In this document: one piece after another, positions 35,877-46,286 of the stretch | Position numbering within the stretch: the first letter of the stretch is position 1 | Layout of the letters: each line of letters begins with the position of its first letter | Assembly: GCA_944391485.1 (NCBI GenBank) | Contig: CALXTQ010000020.1 | Coordinates: 1,849-65,848, forward strand | Reading direction: 5' to 3' | Length of the DNA stretch: 64,000 bases | Origin: an uncultured Alphaproteobacteria bacterium | Lineage (GTDB): Bacteria > Pseudomonadota > Alphaproteobacteria > RF32 > CAG-239 | Program-made: the position numbers and the translations under genes | The notes under the pieces: generated by a model | The model's input: only the letters and a program-made list of their open reading frames with translations | Databases searched by the model: none | Told to the model about the DNA's origin: nothing

Positions 35877-36371
35877 TTGAGTCTCCGTCAAAACAAAAAT
35901 CTTGAATTGTTTTTGATTACTGATACACTTTATGATTGTAAAGCATTTATCGATAACCAAATGGAGACTTCAATGCCTAAAAATGAAAAAAACGAAAATA
36001 TCATCAAAAAGCTGGGAAGCACTTCCCTGACCGAAGACTACGTCTTTCAGTCCGGAAAAAGCTGGGGAACGGAATATTATATGTCAATCTACCTTAAAGA
36101 CATCAGTTTTATTGAATTCGGGTATAAATCCTATCCCATCCTACTGATTCTGGCCGGCCTGCTTTTTGTTGTCTTTTTAAGCGATGCCAACGCATCCCTA
36201 CTGCTAACGGCTATTTTGCTGGTCATCGGCTTTTTCGTTACGCGGAAACATTCGGTAATCATCTCGGCGCACAGCAGGCAGTCCATTGTTCAGCCCCTGA
36301 AGGGAAAAACGACGGAAGCCAAGGATTTCGTGCATAAGCTTATGGATGCGAAGAAAAATCTTGCGAAATAA
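35877..36371 (+). CDS. Hypothetical small membrane protein
   Basis: Two adjacent TM helices (YPILLILAGLLFVVFL / LLLTAILLVIGFFV). The start is uncertain; METSMP at 35961 is an alternative. Confidence 0.35.
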   Translation: MSLRQNKNLELFLITDTLYDCKAFIDNQMETSMPKNEKNENIIKKLGSTSLTEDYVFQSGKSWGTEYYMSIYLKDISFIEFGYKSYPILLILAGLLFVVFLSDANASLLLTAILLVIGFFVTRKHSVIISAHSRQSIVQPLKGKTTEAKDFVHKLMDAKKNLAK

Positions 36372-36660
36372 AATTCTTCTCTAAAAAACTATTAACGGGA
36401 ACGCGGAGCCGGCGGCAACGCGTTTGGAAAGAAAATGCGCAGGTTCAGAGAACCCGGCGTCAGAAACAGCCCGAAAGGCAAAAAAAACGGCGGCTGCGCA
36501 TCCTGAAAAATGGGGGGCTTGAGAATTTTCTGCGCCGAAAGCCCCTCTTTTTAATATCCGGAACTCAAAAGACACAGTCCTTTTTTATTCAGGTTCCGCT
36601 TTCCCTTGATAAAAGCGTATGGCTGATTATATAAAGCGCAGTTTTTCAGGGGAGCTGCAT

Positions 36661-39159
36661 ATGTATAAATATCTTTTTATCTTACTCTTGTCATTCTGTC
36701 TTTGCGGAACAGTAGACGCTCAAAATGCCGGCACCGGCGAAAAGGCGGCTGCTTTGAATTATACAAAAATCAACAACGATCTGGACACTCTCAGCAAAAA
36801 ATTGTCTTCGGGAAAAGTTTCCGCCAAGGAAACCGGAGAATATCTGCAAAAGATCAACCAGATTCAGGACAGCGTCAATCTGGCGCGCCAGCAGTCCAAC
36901 GACGATCTGGAAAACACTCGCAAAAAACTCAATGCCCTGGGGCCGGCTCCCGAAAAAGACGAAAAGGAGCCGGCGGCAATCGCCAGACAGCGCGAAGAGT
37001 TCAACAAAACGGCAGACATGCTCAAAACCGCCGTTGCGCAGGCAGACCTTACCAAAACAAAAATAGAAGACCTGAATAATCTGATTTTAAAAATCCGCAA
37101 TCAGGAACTTCTGAATAATATTCTGACCAAACAAAGCTCGATTTTCCACCCGGAAGAATTTGCAAAATCTCTGGTCAGTTTCAGCGGTTTCCTGTTTGAA
37201 ATCATTAAATCGCCGTTTACGTGGTATAAAAGCCTGTCAACGGAAGATCAGGAAAAAGTCAACAGCAATATCGTCTATGTCATCGTCGTCATGCTCGCCG
37301 CTCTGGCCGCCGCCGTTTATTTAAGCCTGTATATCCGCAAATGGTTCGGGTATCAATCCGGCATCGAGCGTCCCGATTATTCTCAAAAAGTGCGTGCAGC
37401 TTTATGGATGACCGTTGCTAGAGGCGTTATCCCGGCCGCGATTATCGGCGCCTTTCTCTTCTGGCAGAAAAACAACCAGATTATCAACAACGGTTCTTTC
37501 GGTATTCTGCTGCATACGGCCGCCGTCTATCTGCTGTATTACTATCTTATCAAGGCGCTGGTCCGGGTCATCTTTACGCCTTCGAACAGCAAATGGCGAA
37601 TTATAGAGGTTTGCGACGAAAAAGCGCAAAGCACGAGCCGGGCTCTTATCTTCTCCACGGCGGCAATCTGCATTGTCTCTTTTTTCCAGAGCATGGCCGG
37701 ACAAATGGATTATAACCAGGACATCATCTATTCCCTGAAAATTTTTGCCAACGCGGTTAAAGCCTTCTGCATTATCATAACAGCGCGCAAATTCCTGTAT
37801 GACAGCAAATCGCTGACAGACGAAGAAATCAAAGACGGCAACAATATCGGCGATTTGAGCACATCGTCAAAAGTCAGCCTGTTCATCTCTTTTCTGATGG
37901 CGGCAGCTTTCGCCCTGTCGCTGCTCGGTTACATCAGGCTTTCGGAATTTATCATCAACCGCTTTATTATTTCGGTAACGGTTATCGGCATTTTTTATAT
38001 TTTTGACAAACTGCTGCGCGTGGTTTTTCACCGGATCCTGCTGTTTAAGTTCTGGATTACCACATTTCGCATCAATCGCAGAACGCTGGTCAAAACGGAA
38101 TTCTGGTTCGGTTTCTTTCTGACGCCGGTACTGGGCATTTTGTGCCTTATTGTTCTTCTGGCCGTCTGGGGTGTGGCCGTTGATATTATGCTGGCGCAGA
38201 TCAAAAACTTTCTGACAGGCTTTAATATCGGCGGTGTCAGAATTTCGATAACCTCCATTCTTCTCGGCATTATTTCCTTTTTTGTTTCCATGTTTCTGTT
38301 CAAAATGCTCAAAAACAGCTTTAACAGCGGCAATCTGAGCAAAATAGACATGGATCCCGGCGTCCGCAATTCTCTGGTGTCAGCGATCGGTTTTATCGGG
38401 TTGATTTTCTCGGCTGTTCTGGCTATCGCCGTCATGGGAGGTAGCTTCAGCAGCATTGCCATTATTGCCGGCGCCCTGTCTTTCGGAGCCGGTCTCGGCC
38501 TGCAGAATATGGTCAGCAACCTGGTTGCCGGCCTAACAATTTTGTTCGAACGGCCGGTCAAGATCGGAGACTGGGTAATTATAGACGGACAGGAAGGCAT
38601 TGTGAAAAAAATCAATATGCGGTCGACGGAGCTTGAAACATGGAACAAGTCCAATGTTATCATTCCCAACTCGGACATTCTGTCCAAAAGCCTGATTAAC
38701 AAGACTTACAGCGACCTGATGAGCCGGGTCGAAATCAAAGTCGGCGTTGATTACGACAGTGACATCAATCTGGTTAAAAACATTCTGCTTGATATCGCCA
38801 AAAATGATCCGGAAGTCCTGACTTCTCCGCCGCCGTCTCTGTCATTTACCGATCTGGGCGACAGCAGTTTGAATTTTCAGCTGAACTGCTTTACGGCCAA
38901 CGTATACAGCGCGTCGGGGATAGCTTTCCGCATCCGGGAAAACATCGTCAACAAATTCAGGGAGAACAACATCAATATCCCTTTTCCGCAACGGGTGATT
39001 CACTGTTTTCCCGAGGCTGCCGCAACGCCTTTCGTTCATCAGGACGGGCAGCTTTCCGCGGCGAAAGATTCTGCTCGCCGGATCGGGACAAAGCCTGAGG
39101 CTGAATCCCGCGCTCATCCGGATGAACAGCAGCTTGCGACAAATTCTTCTTCCCGCTAG
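36661..39159 (+). CDS. Mechanosensitive channel, MscK/KefA-like (MscS family with a large periplasmic N-terminal domain)
   Basis: Signal peptide MYKYLFILLLSFCLCGTVDAQ. Periplasmic coiled coil, about 10 TM helices, and an MscS core domain (GDWVIIDGQEGIVKKINMRSTELETWNKSNVIIPNSDIL). Confidence 0.85.
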   Translation: MYKYLFILLLSFCLCGTVDAQNAGTGEKAAALNYTKINNDLDTLSKKLSSGKVSAKETGEYLQKINQIQDSVNLARQQSNDDLENTRKKLNALGPAPEKDEKEPAAIARQREEFNKTADMLKTAVAQADLTKTKIEDLNNLILKIRNQELLNNILTKQSSIFHPEEFAKSLVSFSGFLFEIIKSPFTWYKSLSTEDQEKVNSNIVYVIVVMLAALAAAVYLSLYIRKWFGYQSGIERPDYSQKVRAALWMTVARGVIPAAIIGAFLFWQKNNQIINNGSFGILLHTAAVYLLYYYLIKALVRVIFTPSNSKWRIIEVCDEKAQSTSRALIFSTAAICIVSFFQSMAGQMDYNQDIIYSLKIFANAVKAFCIIITARKFLYDSKSLTDEEIKDGNNIGDLSTSSKVSLFISFLMAAAFALSLLGYIRLSEFIINRFIISVTVIGIFYIFDKLLRVVFHRILLFKFWITTFRINRRTLVKTEFWFGFFLTPVLGILCLIVLLAVWGVAVDIMLAQIKNFLTGFNIGGVRISITSILLGIISFFVSMFLFKMLKNSFNSGNLSKIDMDPGVRNSLVSAIGFIGLIFSAVLAIAVMGGSFSSIAIIAGALSFGAGLGLQNMVSNLVAGLTILFERPVKIGDWVIIDGQEGIVKKINMRSTELETWNKSNVIIPNSDILSKSLINKTYSDLMSRVEIKVGVDYDSDINLVKNILLDIAKNDPEVLTSPPPSLSFTDLGDSSLNFQLNCFTANVYSASGIAFRIRENIVNKFRENNINIPFPQRVIHCFPEAAATPFVHQDGQLSAAKDSARRIGTKPEAESRAHPDEQQLATNSSSR

Positions 39160-40438
39160 TCAGAGCCGCATCCTCCGACCGAACCGCCTTTTTATCGGAG
39201 AGTGCAGATTCCGGCCGTAAAGGCATCTCCCGGACAGGAAGCGCCGGTTTTTGCGAAGACGATTCCCGGACAGAATCCTGCCGAGAAGAAGAGAGGTAAA
39301 AAGCGGCCGTCCGGCCGTCGCGGTCAGCCAGTTTTTCGTCAGCCCCGTACCTGCGCAATACCGCCACACTGTCGGCAAAACCGTTTCTAGCAGCCGTAAT
39401 CAGGGGTGTTTCGCCTTTGGCGTTGAGCGCGTCGGGATTGGTTGAGAGCTCCTGACAGTACCCATAGTTTTTTTCGTAAGGACAAAACTGCAGCAGCAAC
39501 TCCAGAATATCGGGACGAAAAACCGCAAAGTGTAAAATCGGATCCATCGGATGCGGGCGGAGATCCGGCTCGCGGATGATTTTTCCCTTATCGCGGTGCT
39601 CTTCCAGAAAAGTCTTAATATCGGCGGCGGATGCTCCGGAAGCTATCTTATAACGGAGGATGTCCGTCGGAACAGGATCTTTTTCGAATGGCAGATTTGA
39701 CGATAAAACGATCTTTGCGGCGTCGGACTTCAGCGGCTTGTTTGTCCGGAGCTTCCGGTAATGCCGCTGCAGCCGGCGCGAGGCCTCCTCAAAACCTATG
39801 CCGTGCGTCAGAAACTCCCGATACTTTTTCAGACTGTCGTAACCGGCGAGCATCATAATTCCGTTCGGCACCCGGTTTTTTCTTCCCTGTATTCTGAAAT
39901 AGGGAAAATACCGCGCGGCATTGTCATAGTAAAGAGCATTTGACCCCGTTCCCAAAGGAACGGCAAAAGATATATATTCTTCCAACTCATCCGGTATTTT
40001 GAATTTATCGTCAAACCGGCAGGTATTGTTCAGAAAGGCAATTTTCAGATCCAGCGCCGTTTTGCACGGCAGATACAGCCGCGAACGGTCAACAGCCCCG
40101 CCCATGCAGCTTGAAAAATCCCAAATGCTCCAGTCGGCGGGAGAATTTCCCTCCATGCAGGAAGAATGCATGTCCAGCCCGCCGTGCCGCGCGGCTATCT
40201 TATCCACCAGTTCCGGAATGATCTTTTTCTTTTCGACTTCATCACCGTATACCAGCAGCAAAAGAGCATATTCCGCCTGCGCTTCCGGCGTCTGCATCCG
40301 CGACAGACGTTCCATAACCCGCCGTGGGTTGCGGTTGACATCGGACAAAACCTCCAAAAGCGCCGGTTCTTTGCTGCCAAATGCCGGAAACGCAAGAAAC
40401 AAAACGGTCAGGAAACAAAAAAATCCGCGTTTTTTCAT
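38972..40438 (-). CDS. Secreted ankyrin-repeat-containing protein with a disordered C-terminal tail
   Basis: Signal peptide MKKRGFFCFLTVLFLAFPAFG. ANK repeats (KGETPLITAARNGFADSVAVLRRYGADEKLADRDGRTAAFY). The 3' end overlaps the convergent channel gene by ~190 bp, so exact ends are uncertain. Confidence 0.6.
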   Translation of the reverse strand: MKKRGFFCFLTVLFLAFPAFGSKEPALLEVLSDVNRNPRRVMERLSRMQTPEAQAEYALLLLVYGDEVEKKKIIPELVDKIAARHGGLDMHSSCMEGNSPADWSIWDFSSCMGGAVDRSRLYLPCKTALDLKIAFLNNTCRFDDKFKIPDELEEYISFAVPLGTGSNALYYDNAARYFPYFRIQGRKNRVPNGIMMLAGYDSLKKYREFLTHGIGFEEASRRLQRHYRKLRTNKPLKSDAAKIVLSSNLPFEKDPVPTDILRYKIASGASAADIKTFLEEHRDKGKIIREPDLRPHPMDPILHFAVFRPDILELLLQFCPYEKNYGYCQELSTNPDALNAKGETPLITAARNGFADSVAVLRRYGADEKLADRDGRTAAFYLSSSRQDSVRESSSQKPALPVREMPLRPESALSDKKAVRSEDAALTSGKKNLSQAAVHPDERGIQPQALSRSGEQNLSPRKAARPDERKALRQPRENSESPVAEKGY

Positions 40439-40440
40439 GA

Positions 40441-42357
40441 TTACAGCCCCAGTTTTGTGATTATGGCGCGAAAACGGGTTTTCAGCCTCAATTTCCAGTC
40501 TTTACTCAGCATCTCTTCATACACGGCCTCCAGATTGACGCTCTCTCCCCCAGCAAACAGCAGTCTTTCAACCCGGTTTTCCGGAGATAAGGCATAATTT
40601 CTGATCACGATGCCCTGCCCCGGCGTCTGTTTGATACCGACGGACAGATCAAGATTCCGGACGGAATATTCCAGGTCTTGAGGCCGGATGTCGCCGCTGA
40701 AGGCAATCGTATCCACGCCGCCGGTTTCCGTGATCGCGTCCATTCCGTCGTTCAGCCGGTAAAAATAAACATCATTGCCAAGCCCGCCATGCAAGTCGTC
40801 ATTATATCCCAGACCGGCGATAAGATCGTCTCCGGAAGTGCCCGTCAACGTGTCGATTTTTCCCGCTCCTTTTAAAATCAGCTTCTCCGCATCCGCAAAC
40901 CTGATGTCCGGAACAATTTCGCCCAGCTCGTTCAGATTATTTCTGACACTTTGGCCGACATTGCCGTAAAAATCCTTTTCGGGAGTAAAGGAATCCAGTT
41001 TTTTGCTGAGCAAATACATCATCACTTTGGTTTTGCCGAGGCCGTTCTTTTCATAATAGGCTTTTACCTTTTCGGAAAAAGCGGAGACATCGGATGACCA
41101 TTCCTTCTTTTCGCTGTTCCATATAATCTGGATTGATTCCAGCCAGGACTGCAATTCGCCGCTTTCCGCCAGAAGCGTCTGCCAGACATGCCCGTAAAAA
41201 TCGTCATAGGCATCCAGAACATACGGCGCCGACTGAAAATGCGGCGCATTTGTCTCCTCGCTGCCGGTATGGGTGCCCCGGAACTTCTGCCCCATCAGCT
41301 TTTCCAGAACCAGCAGCTTGCGCGCATCTCCTATGTAATTGACGCCGTCTTCGGATACTCTGGAAGCGGGATCGGCATCGGCAACCCCCGCCCATGAATA
41401 AACGATGTCGTTTACCAGCCCAAGCTGCTCGAGAAAATCGTCGGTTTCGGTAAATTTTACGACAAGATCCCTTAATTTACGGCTTTCATCGCGTTCCATT
41501 GCCTGATGCAGAGAAAATACGACGCCCATACCCTGTATATCGGGAAGTTTTTTTATGTCTTCTGAAACCGGGAGCATTTTGTAGGTGCCCAGCATATTAT
41601 TCGTATTCAGCCAGACTTCCCGAAGACGGGTATGTCTTCCGTCCGCGAACACCACGTCGGCGTACCGGCCCAGAACATTGCCGTGCCCGTCGACCTGCTG
41701 CGCCGGCTCCGCCGTCAGACTGATCGACGCTATTCTTTCTTTTTCAGGCGTTGAAAAATATTTTTCGGAAAGAGGCGTTCCCCTTCCGCAGTCCTGAAAA
41801 GATTCCCGGAAATTCATTGCCGCGCCCGGTTTCCAAAACGTCAGCCGCGCATAAAGGTCGTCCTGCGGCGTTATGGTTTCCCGGCCGTCGTTCAGCCGGC
41901 GCAATTCTTCGAAAATATCGCCGCCGTCATATCCCGACAGACCGCTGCCCAGAATTTTGCCGCCGTCCAACTCGCGGCTTTTGCTCTTGCATAAATCTTC
42001 ACGGCCGTAAAACAGAAAAGCATCGTCCGGTCCCGGCAGAAAAGCCTGTTCCGAAAAGTCATCATTATTGAAATCAAACAAAAAACTCATGAGAGAGCGG
42101 TTCTTTTCAGGACCGTACAAACGAATACCGTCGCCGTTCAGATCAAGGAGCAGAACCTTCATATAATTACGCTCGTTTATTTCATGGCCGTTGAAGGTAA
42201 TATAATTTCTCGGCAGCAGTTTCACGTCGCTCCGCCGTACCGGCGGCGGCACAGCCGCAGGCGGCGTCCGGCTCCAGTTATCGAGCGCCGCATAAGCTCC
42301 GACAATGGCTGCCGTCGGAAGAAGGACCAAAGCCGCATCTTTCAGAAAACGTTTCAT
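40441..42357 (-). CDS. Secreted protein with C-terminal RTX-type (hemolysin-type) calcium-binding repeats
   Basis: Start at MKRFLKD (AAAGGAG upstream) with a signal peptide. C-terminal GGxGxDxUx-like repeats: GTSGDDLIAGLGYNDDLHGGLGNDVYFY. Confidence 0.65.
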   Translation of the reverse strand: MKRFLKDAALVLLPTAAIVGAYAALDNWSRTPPAAVPPPVRRSDVKLLPRNYITFNGHEINERNYMKVLLLDLNGDGIRLYGPEKNRSLMSFLFDFNNDDFSEQAFLPGPDDAFLFYGREDLCKSKSRELDGGKILGSGLSGYDGGDIFEELRRLNDGRETITPQDDLYARLTFWKPGAAMNFRESFQDCGRGTPLSEKYFSTPEKERIASISLTAEPAQQVDGHGNVLGRYADVVFADGRHTRLREVWLNTNNMLGTYKMLPVSEDIKKLPDIQGMGVVFSLHQAMERDESRKLRDLVVKFTETDDFLEQLGLVNDIVYSWAGVADADPASRVSEDGVNYIGDARKLLVLEKLMGQKFRGTHTGSEETNAPHFQSAPYVLDAYDDFYGHVWQTLLAESGELQSWLESIQIIWNSEKKEWSSDVSAFSEKVKAYYEKNGLGKTKVMMYLLSKKLDSFTPEKDFYGNVGQSVRNNLNELGEIVPDIRFADAEKLILKGAGKIDTLTGTSGDDLIAGLGYNDDLHGGLGNDVYFYRLNDGMDAITETGGVDTIAFSGDIRPQDLEYSVRNLDLSVGIKQTPGQGIVIRNYALSPENRVERLLFAGGESVNLEAVYEEMLSKDWKLRLKTRFRAIITKLGL

Positions 42358-42481
42358 TTCAGGCTCCTTTTTGGATATCATAAAGCCCAAACGTTAATTT
42401 TAACTGAATCAAAAATGAAGCGGAATACGGCCGAAAGAACAAAAAAAAGCCCCGTAACCGGGGCTTTCTCTCATTCTTTTA

Positions 42482-44782
42482 TCAGGACATGCGTTTGAGG
42501 CACATAATCCGGTACTTTCCGTTTTCAACCTCAACGCCGTGCGTATCGTGGGTAAAGCCGGGGAACTGTTCGTCAAACGCCTCCAGGGCTTTCAGATATC
42601 CCAGAAGAGGCCCGTCGGCCGGTCCGGCATTTTCACCCGGCATCAGCAGCGGAATTCCGGGAGGATACGGAACAACGCCGGTCGCAACAGTCCGGCCCGC
42701 CATCTCGTCCAGCGTCAGGGATTCAACATTGTCCAGAACCAGATTTTCGTAAGCCTGAACCGGCGTCATGTCAGGATGCGGCAGCAGAGAAAACGCCTCG
42801 CCCATCGCTTTTGTCGTTCCGAGATCCGACATGGCTTTGAACATCGAATCGCATAAATCTTTAAGCCCCATCCCCTCATAACGGCCCGGATTACCTTTGA
42901 TTAGAGCCGGAAGCACTCTTTCCAGCGGCGTATTGTCGTCATAATCCTGTTTGAAACCGAACAGGGCATTAAGCAGCGTTCCCCATTTTCCTTTGGTAAC
43001 CCCGAGAGAAAACAGGAACAAAATCGTGAAATCAGTGGTCTTTTCCACGACAATTCCCTTATTGTCGAGATATGCCGTCAAGACGGCCGCCGGAATACCC
43101 CAGCTGTCCAGCCCGCCTTCGGGAAGCACGCCGGGCGTCGTTACGGATACCTTTATCGGATCCAGCATACAGAAGCCGTCCTCAATATTGCCAAAACCGT
43201 GCCACTGCTCGCCGGGATGCAAAATCCAGCAATCAGGATCCGTCGCAAGCTGTTCTTCAGACGCGGCGCAGAACGGTATTTTTTCATGAGTATCCTTATT
43301 GTAAATATAGTCCGGCTGCCAAATATTGAAAAACCAGTCGTCATCACATTTATATTCTGCATTCAGGCGCGATACGGTTTTGCGGAAGGAGACGGCTTCG
43401 CTGATAGAATCATCGGTCAGGGATTTTCCGCCGGCTCCGTCCATCATGGCCGCGCTGATGTCGTTGGAGGCGATGATCGGATAAAACGGCGATGTCGACG
43501 CATGCATCATAAAGGCCTCGTTGAAGCGTTTATGGTCTATCGGACGGCGGCCTTCGCGCACATGGATCATTGACGCCTGAGAAAATGCCGCCAGCAGTTT
43601 GTGGGTCGACTGGGTGGCAAATACCGTCGGACCGCCGCGATCATAATCTTTCGGACTGCCGTTCATGGCAAAGCGATCATGATACAGCGGGTTAAACCGC
43701 GCATATCCGTACCAGGCCTCATCATAATGCAGGCGGTCGACACTCTGCCCCAAAAGCTCGTTTACGCGCTTTATATTATAGCACAGTCCGTCGTAAGTGG
43801 AGTTGGTGATGATGGCATAAACCGGCCGGGGATCAACGCCGTCTTTTATCAGTGGATTGTCCCGCAGGGACTTCTGAACGCTTTCTCCGGTCATCTTCTC
43901 GGGAAATATGGGGCCGATAATGCCGTAGCGGTTTCTGGACGGCACCAGATATGTCGGCACAGCACCGGACATAGTGATCGCGTGTTCGACGGACTTATGG
44001 CAGTTGCGGTCGCATAACGCTACCTGATTGCGGGTAACGCTGGCCATGACGACTACGCGGTTGGAAGTCGAGGTTCCGTTGGTTACGGTATAGCTCCGGT
44101 CTGCTCCGAAAACCTGAGCAATATACTTTTCGCTTTCGCCTATCGGTCCGGAATGATCAAGCAACGATCCCAGTTCTCCCACCGAAATCGAGAGATCGGA
44201 GCGGAAAACCGGCTCTTTGAAAAAGTCAAAGAAATCGCGGCCGGCCGGCGCTTTCAAAAAGGCTGTGCCGCCCGTGTGCCCCGGCGTATGCCAGGAATAT
44301 TCATGCACTTTGGAAAATTTTGCCAGAGCCTTAAACATCGGCGGTAGAATAAACCGGCGGTACCGTTTTATCGCGGCCAGAATACGTCCGGAAATAAAAT
44401 CCGACGTATCCTCCAGTATCCAGATAAAGTCGTTGACCTTGTCGAGGATGTCTGACGGAACCTCCGAGGCCGTTGTTCTTCCCGCCATCAGGAAGACCGG
44501 CACGTCCTCGTTACGCGACCGAATCAGTTTCAGAACCTGTTCGGCATTGGCGCAGCATTCCTGATTTTTTTCATCAATTTTCAGCAGAATGCACTGCAAC
44601 GTCGGATCCGAGACAATGATCGAACCGGCATCGGCAAAACTTTCGGCCACTTCGACCCTGACGTCGCTGTCTTCCAAGTCTTTTTTCAGCGTTTTAATAG
44701 CTCTTGCCGCCGCCGTATTGTTATTGATTCCCTCATAAACCATTAAAAGTTTTATGGCAAAAGGACTGTTCAAATCTTGCAT
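42482..44782 (-). CDS. adiA: Biodegradative arginine decarboxylase (Orn/Lys/Arg decarboxylase family, AdiA-like)
   Basis: 766 aa. PLP-Lys motif FATQSTHKLLAAFSQASMIHV. HYDEAWYGYARFNPLYHD and the C-terminal ..YRIMCLK closely track E. coli AdiA as I remember it (DEAWYGYARFNPIY... MCVKA). Confidence 0.8.
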   Translation of the reverse strand: MQDLNSPFAIKLLMVYEGINNNTAAARAIKTLKKDLEDSDVRVEVAESFADAGSIIVSDPTLQCILLKIDEKNQECCANAEQVLKLIRSRNEDVPVFLMAGRTTASEVPSDILDKVNDFIWILEDTSDFISGRILAAIKRYRRFILPPMFKALAKFSKVHEYSWHTPGHTGGTAFLKAPAGRDFFDFFKEPVFRSDLSISVGELGSLLDHSGPIGESEKYIAQVFGADRSYTVTNGTSTSNRVVVMASVTRNQVALCDRNCHKSVEHAITMSGAVPTYLVPSRNRYGIIGPIFPEKMTGESVQKSLRDNPLIKDGVDPRPVYAIITNSTYDGLCYNIKRVNELLGQSVDRLHYDEAWYGYARFNPLYHDRFAMNGSPKDYDRGGPTVFATQSTHKLLAAFSQASMIHVREGRRPIDHKRFNEAFMMHASTSPFYPIIASNDISAAMMDGAGGKSLTDDSISEAVSFRKTVSRLNAEYKCDDDWFFNIWQPDYIYNKDTHEKIPFCAASEEQLATDPDCWILHPGEQWHGFGNIEDGFCMLDPIKVSVTTPGVLPEGGLDSWGIPAAVLTAYLDNKGIVVEKTTDFTILFLFSLGVTKGKWGTLLNALFGFKQDYDDNTPLERVLPALIKGNPGRYEGMGLKDLCDSMFKAMSDLGTTKAMGEAFSLLPHPDMTPVQAYENLVLDNVESLTLDEMAGRTVATGVVPYPPGIPLLMPGENAGPADGPLLGYLKALEAFDEQFPGFTHDTHGVEVENGKYRIMCLKRMS

Positions 44783-44793
44783 AAACTCCTCCT

Positions 44794-46275
44794 TTATTTG
44801 TTGTTGGCATCGCTGACACCGAAATCCGGGAAACCAAACCGCGGGTGAACGCGGCTGTTGTCATATCTGCCGATGGAAACCCAGAACATCGCTATCAGAG
44901 CAAATATGGTTATAATTAAAGTCAGGTGGCGCACCCAGCAGGGAACACAGCCGCCCGGCCTGATGTGTTCTTCCTTGATGTCCAGTTTGCGACTGACCGC
45001 AAGTTCATAGAAGATAATGGTGGCAATAACAAACATCAGCGCCCAGCGGGTCTGTTCCGGATCCGAACCGATCATGGCGGTCAGGCAGTAAAAAGCGCCG
45101 ACCAAACCGACAAAGGTGTAAAAAATGTTCTGACTGCGGTCCATTTTATCGCGACCGAGTATTTTGATGGCCACCGACGAATAAATATACGGCAGCAGCG
45201 TAAGAATAACGGCTATAGAGGCAACTTTGCCAAACTGCTCGGCCGCTGTCGGAGACGTCGTCGCCAGAACCTGCAACGTCATGATGCCAGCAACGATCGC
45301 CAAACCGGCAGACGGAACGCCCCGACTGTTTACTCTGGCAAACACATTGCCGAACAATCCGTCGTCCGCCGCCGCTTTGGCCGTCTGACCGACCAGAAGA
45401 GTCCAGCCGCCCAGCGAACCGAGGCATCCTACGGCGGCGCAAAGCGCTACGATTTTACCGATTTCGCTGCCGAGCGCGATGCTGATGGCATCTGAAAACG
45501 GCGCGGAAGAGGCAATCAGCTCCTTATTGGGAATAATGCCCATAATCGCCGAAGAACTCAGAATATAGCAGACCGCGGCCAGCAAAACGCCCGAAACCGT
45601 GGCGATAGGCACGTTGCGCGCCGGATTGCGGACAACCGCCGTCGACACGGAAGCGCTTTCTACGCCGATGAAGGCCCATAACGTAAAGTTAAGAGTCATG
45701 CCTATGGCGGTTATGTCGCCTTTTCCGGAAACATTCCACCCTTCCATGAAAGTAGAGCCCTTAAACCAGAACCAGCCGAAAATTGCCATGCCGACGATAG
45801 GAAACAGGGCTACCGTCGTCGTAACGCTCTGGATGCGCGCCACAATGTTCGGACCGAGAATATTGGCATAGGTAAACAGCCAGATAACGGATATCTGCGC
45901 CAAAGCCATTACCAGCGGATCATTCAGAGCCGGAAAAAACGAGGTAAGATATCCCAGCCCGGCAACCGCCAGCCCCACATTGCCCACAACATTTGCCAGC
46001 CAGTAAACCAGATTTGTCTGATATCCCATATAATCGCCGAAAGCTTTGCGGGCATAGGCATACGGGCCTCCGGCCGCCGTATAAATCTGCGTCAGCTTGG
46101 AAAAGACAAGACCAAGCGCAATAGCCCCGACAATGGTAATCAGCCAGCCGATGACGGCGATGCTGCCGATTGCCGCAAGATTAGCCGGAAGCATAAAGAC
46201 GCCCGACCCCATCATGTTGCCGGCAACCATCAGAGTTGCCGGAAGCAGACCAATTTTATTATCCTCTCCTGCCAT
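44794..46275 (-). CDS. adiC: APC-family arginine:agmatine antiporter (AdiC-like)
   Basis: KIGLLPATLMVAGNMMGSGVFMLPANLA and GCLGSLGGWTLLVGQTAKAAADDGLF are near-identical to the AdiC signature regions as I recall them. It sits immediately upstream of adiA. Confidence 0.8.
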   Translation of the reverse strand: MAGEDNKIGLLPATLMVAGNMMGSGVFMLPANLAAIGSIAVIGWLITIVGAIALGLVFSKLTQIYTAAGGPYAYARKAFGDYMGYQTNLVYWLANVVGNVGLAVAGLGYLTSFFPALNDPLVMALAQISVIWLFTYANILGPNIVARIQSVTTTVALFPIVGMAIFGWFWFKGSTFMEGWNVSGKGDITAIGMTLNFTLWAFIGVESASVSTAVVRNPARNVPIATVSGVLLAAVCYILSSSAIMGIIPNKELIASSAPFSDAISIALGSEIGKIVALCAAVGCLGSLGGWTLLVGQTAKAAADDGLFGNVFARVNSRGVPSAGLAIVAGIMTLQVLATTSPTAAEQFGKVASIAVILTLLPYIYSSVAIKILGRDKMDRSQNIFYTFVGLVGAFYCLTAMIGSDPEQTRWALMFVIATIIFYELAVSRKLDIKEEHIRPGGCVPCWVRHLTLIITIFALIAMFWVSIGRYDNSRVHPRFGFPDFGVSDANNK

Positions 46276-46286
46276 AATTTCCTCCG

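Noticed and set aside
36702-38702. ORFs 36702-37079, 36864-37100, 37402-37704 and 38028-38702 (224 aa) in or opposite the MscK-like gene
   Set aside because: All are nested in a gene with clear signal peptide, TM and MscS motifs. The translations are compositionally biased (Arg/Pro-rich) antisense artefacts.
39160-40597. Many small ORFs in alternate frames of the 38972-40438 ankyrin gene
   Set aside because: These are GC-rich frame artefacts. Only the signal-peptide/ANK frame is coherent.
40678-42498. Small ORFs overlapping the RTX-repeat gene
   Set aside because: Same reasoning as above: nested or antisense in a GC-rich gene.
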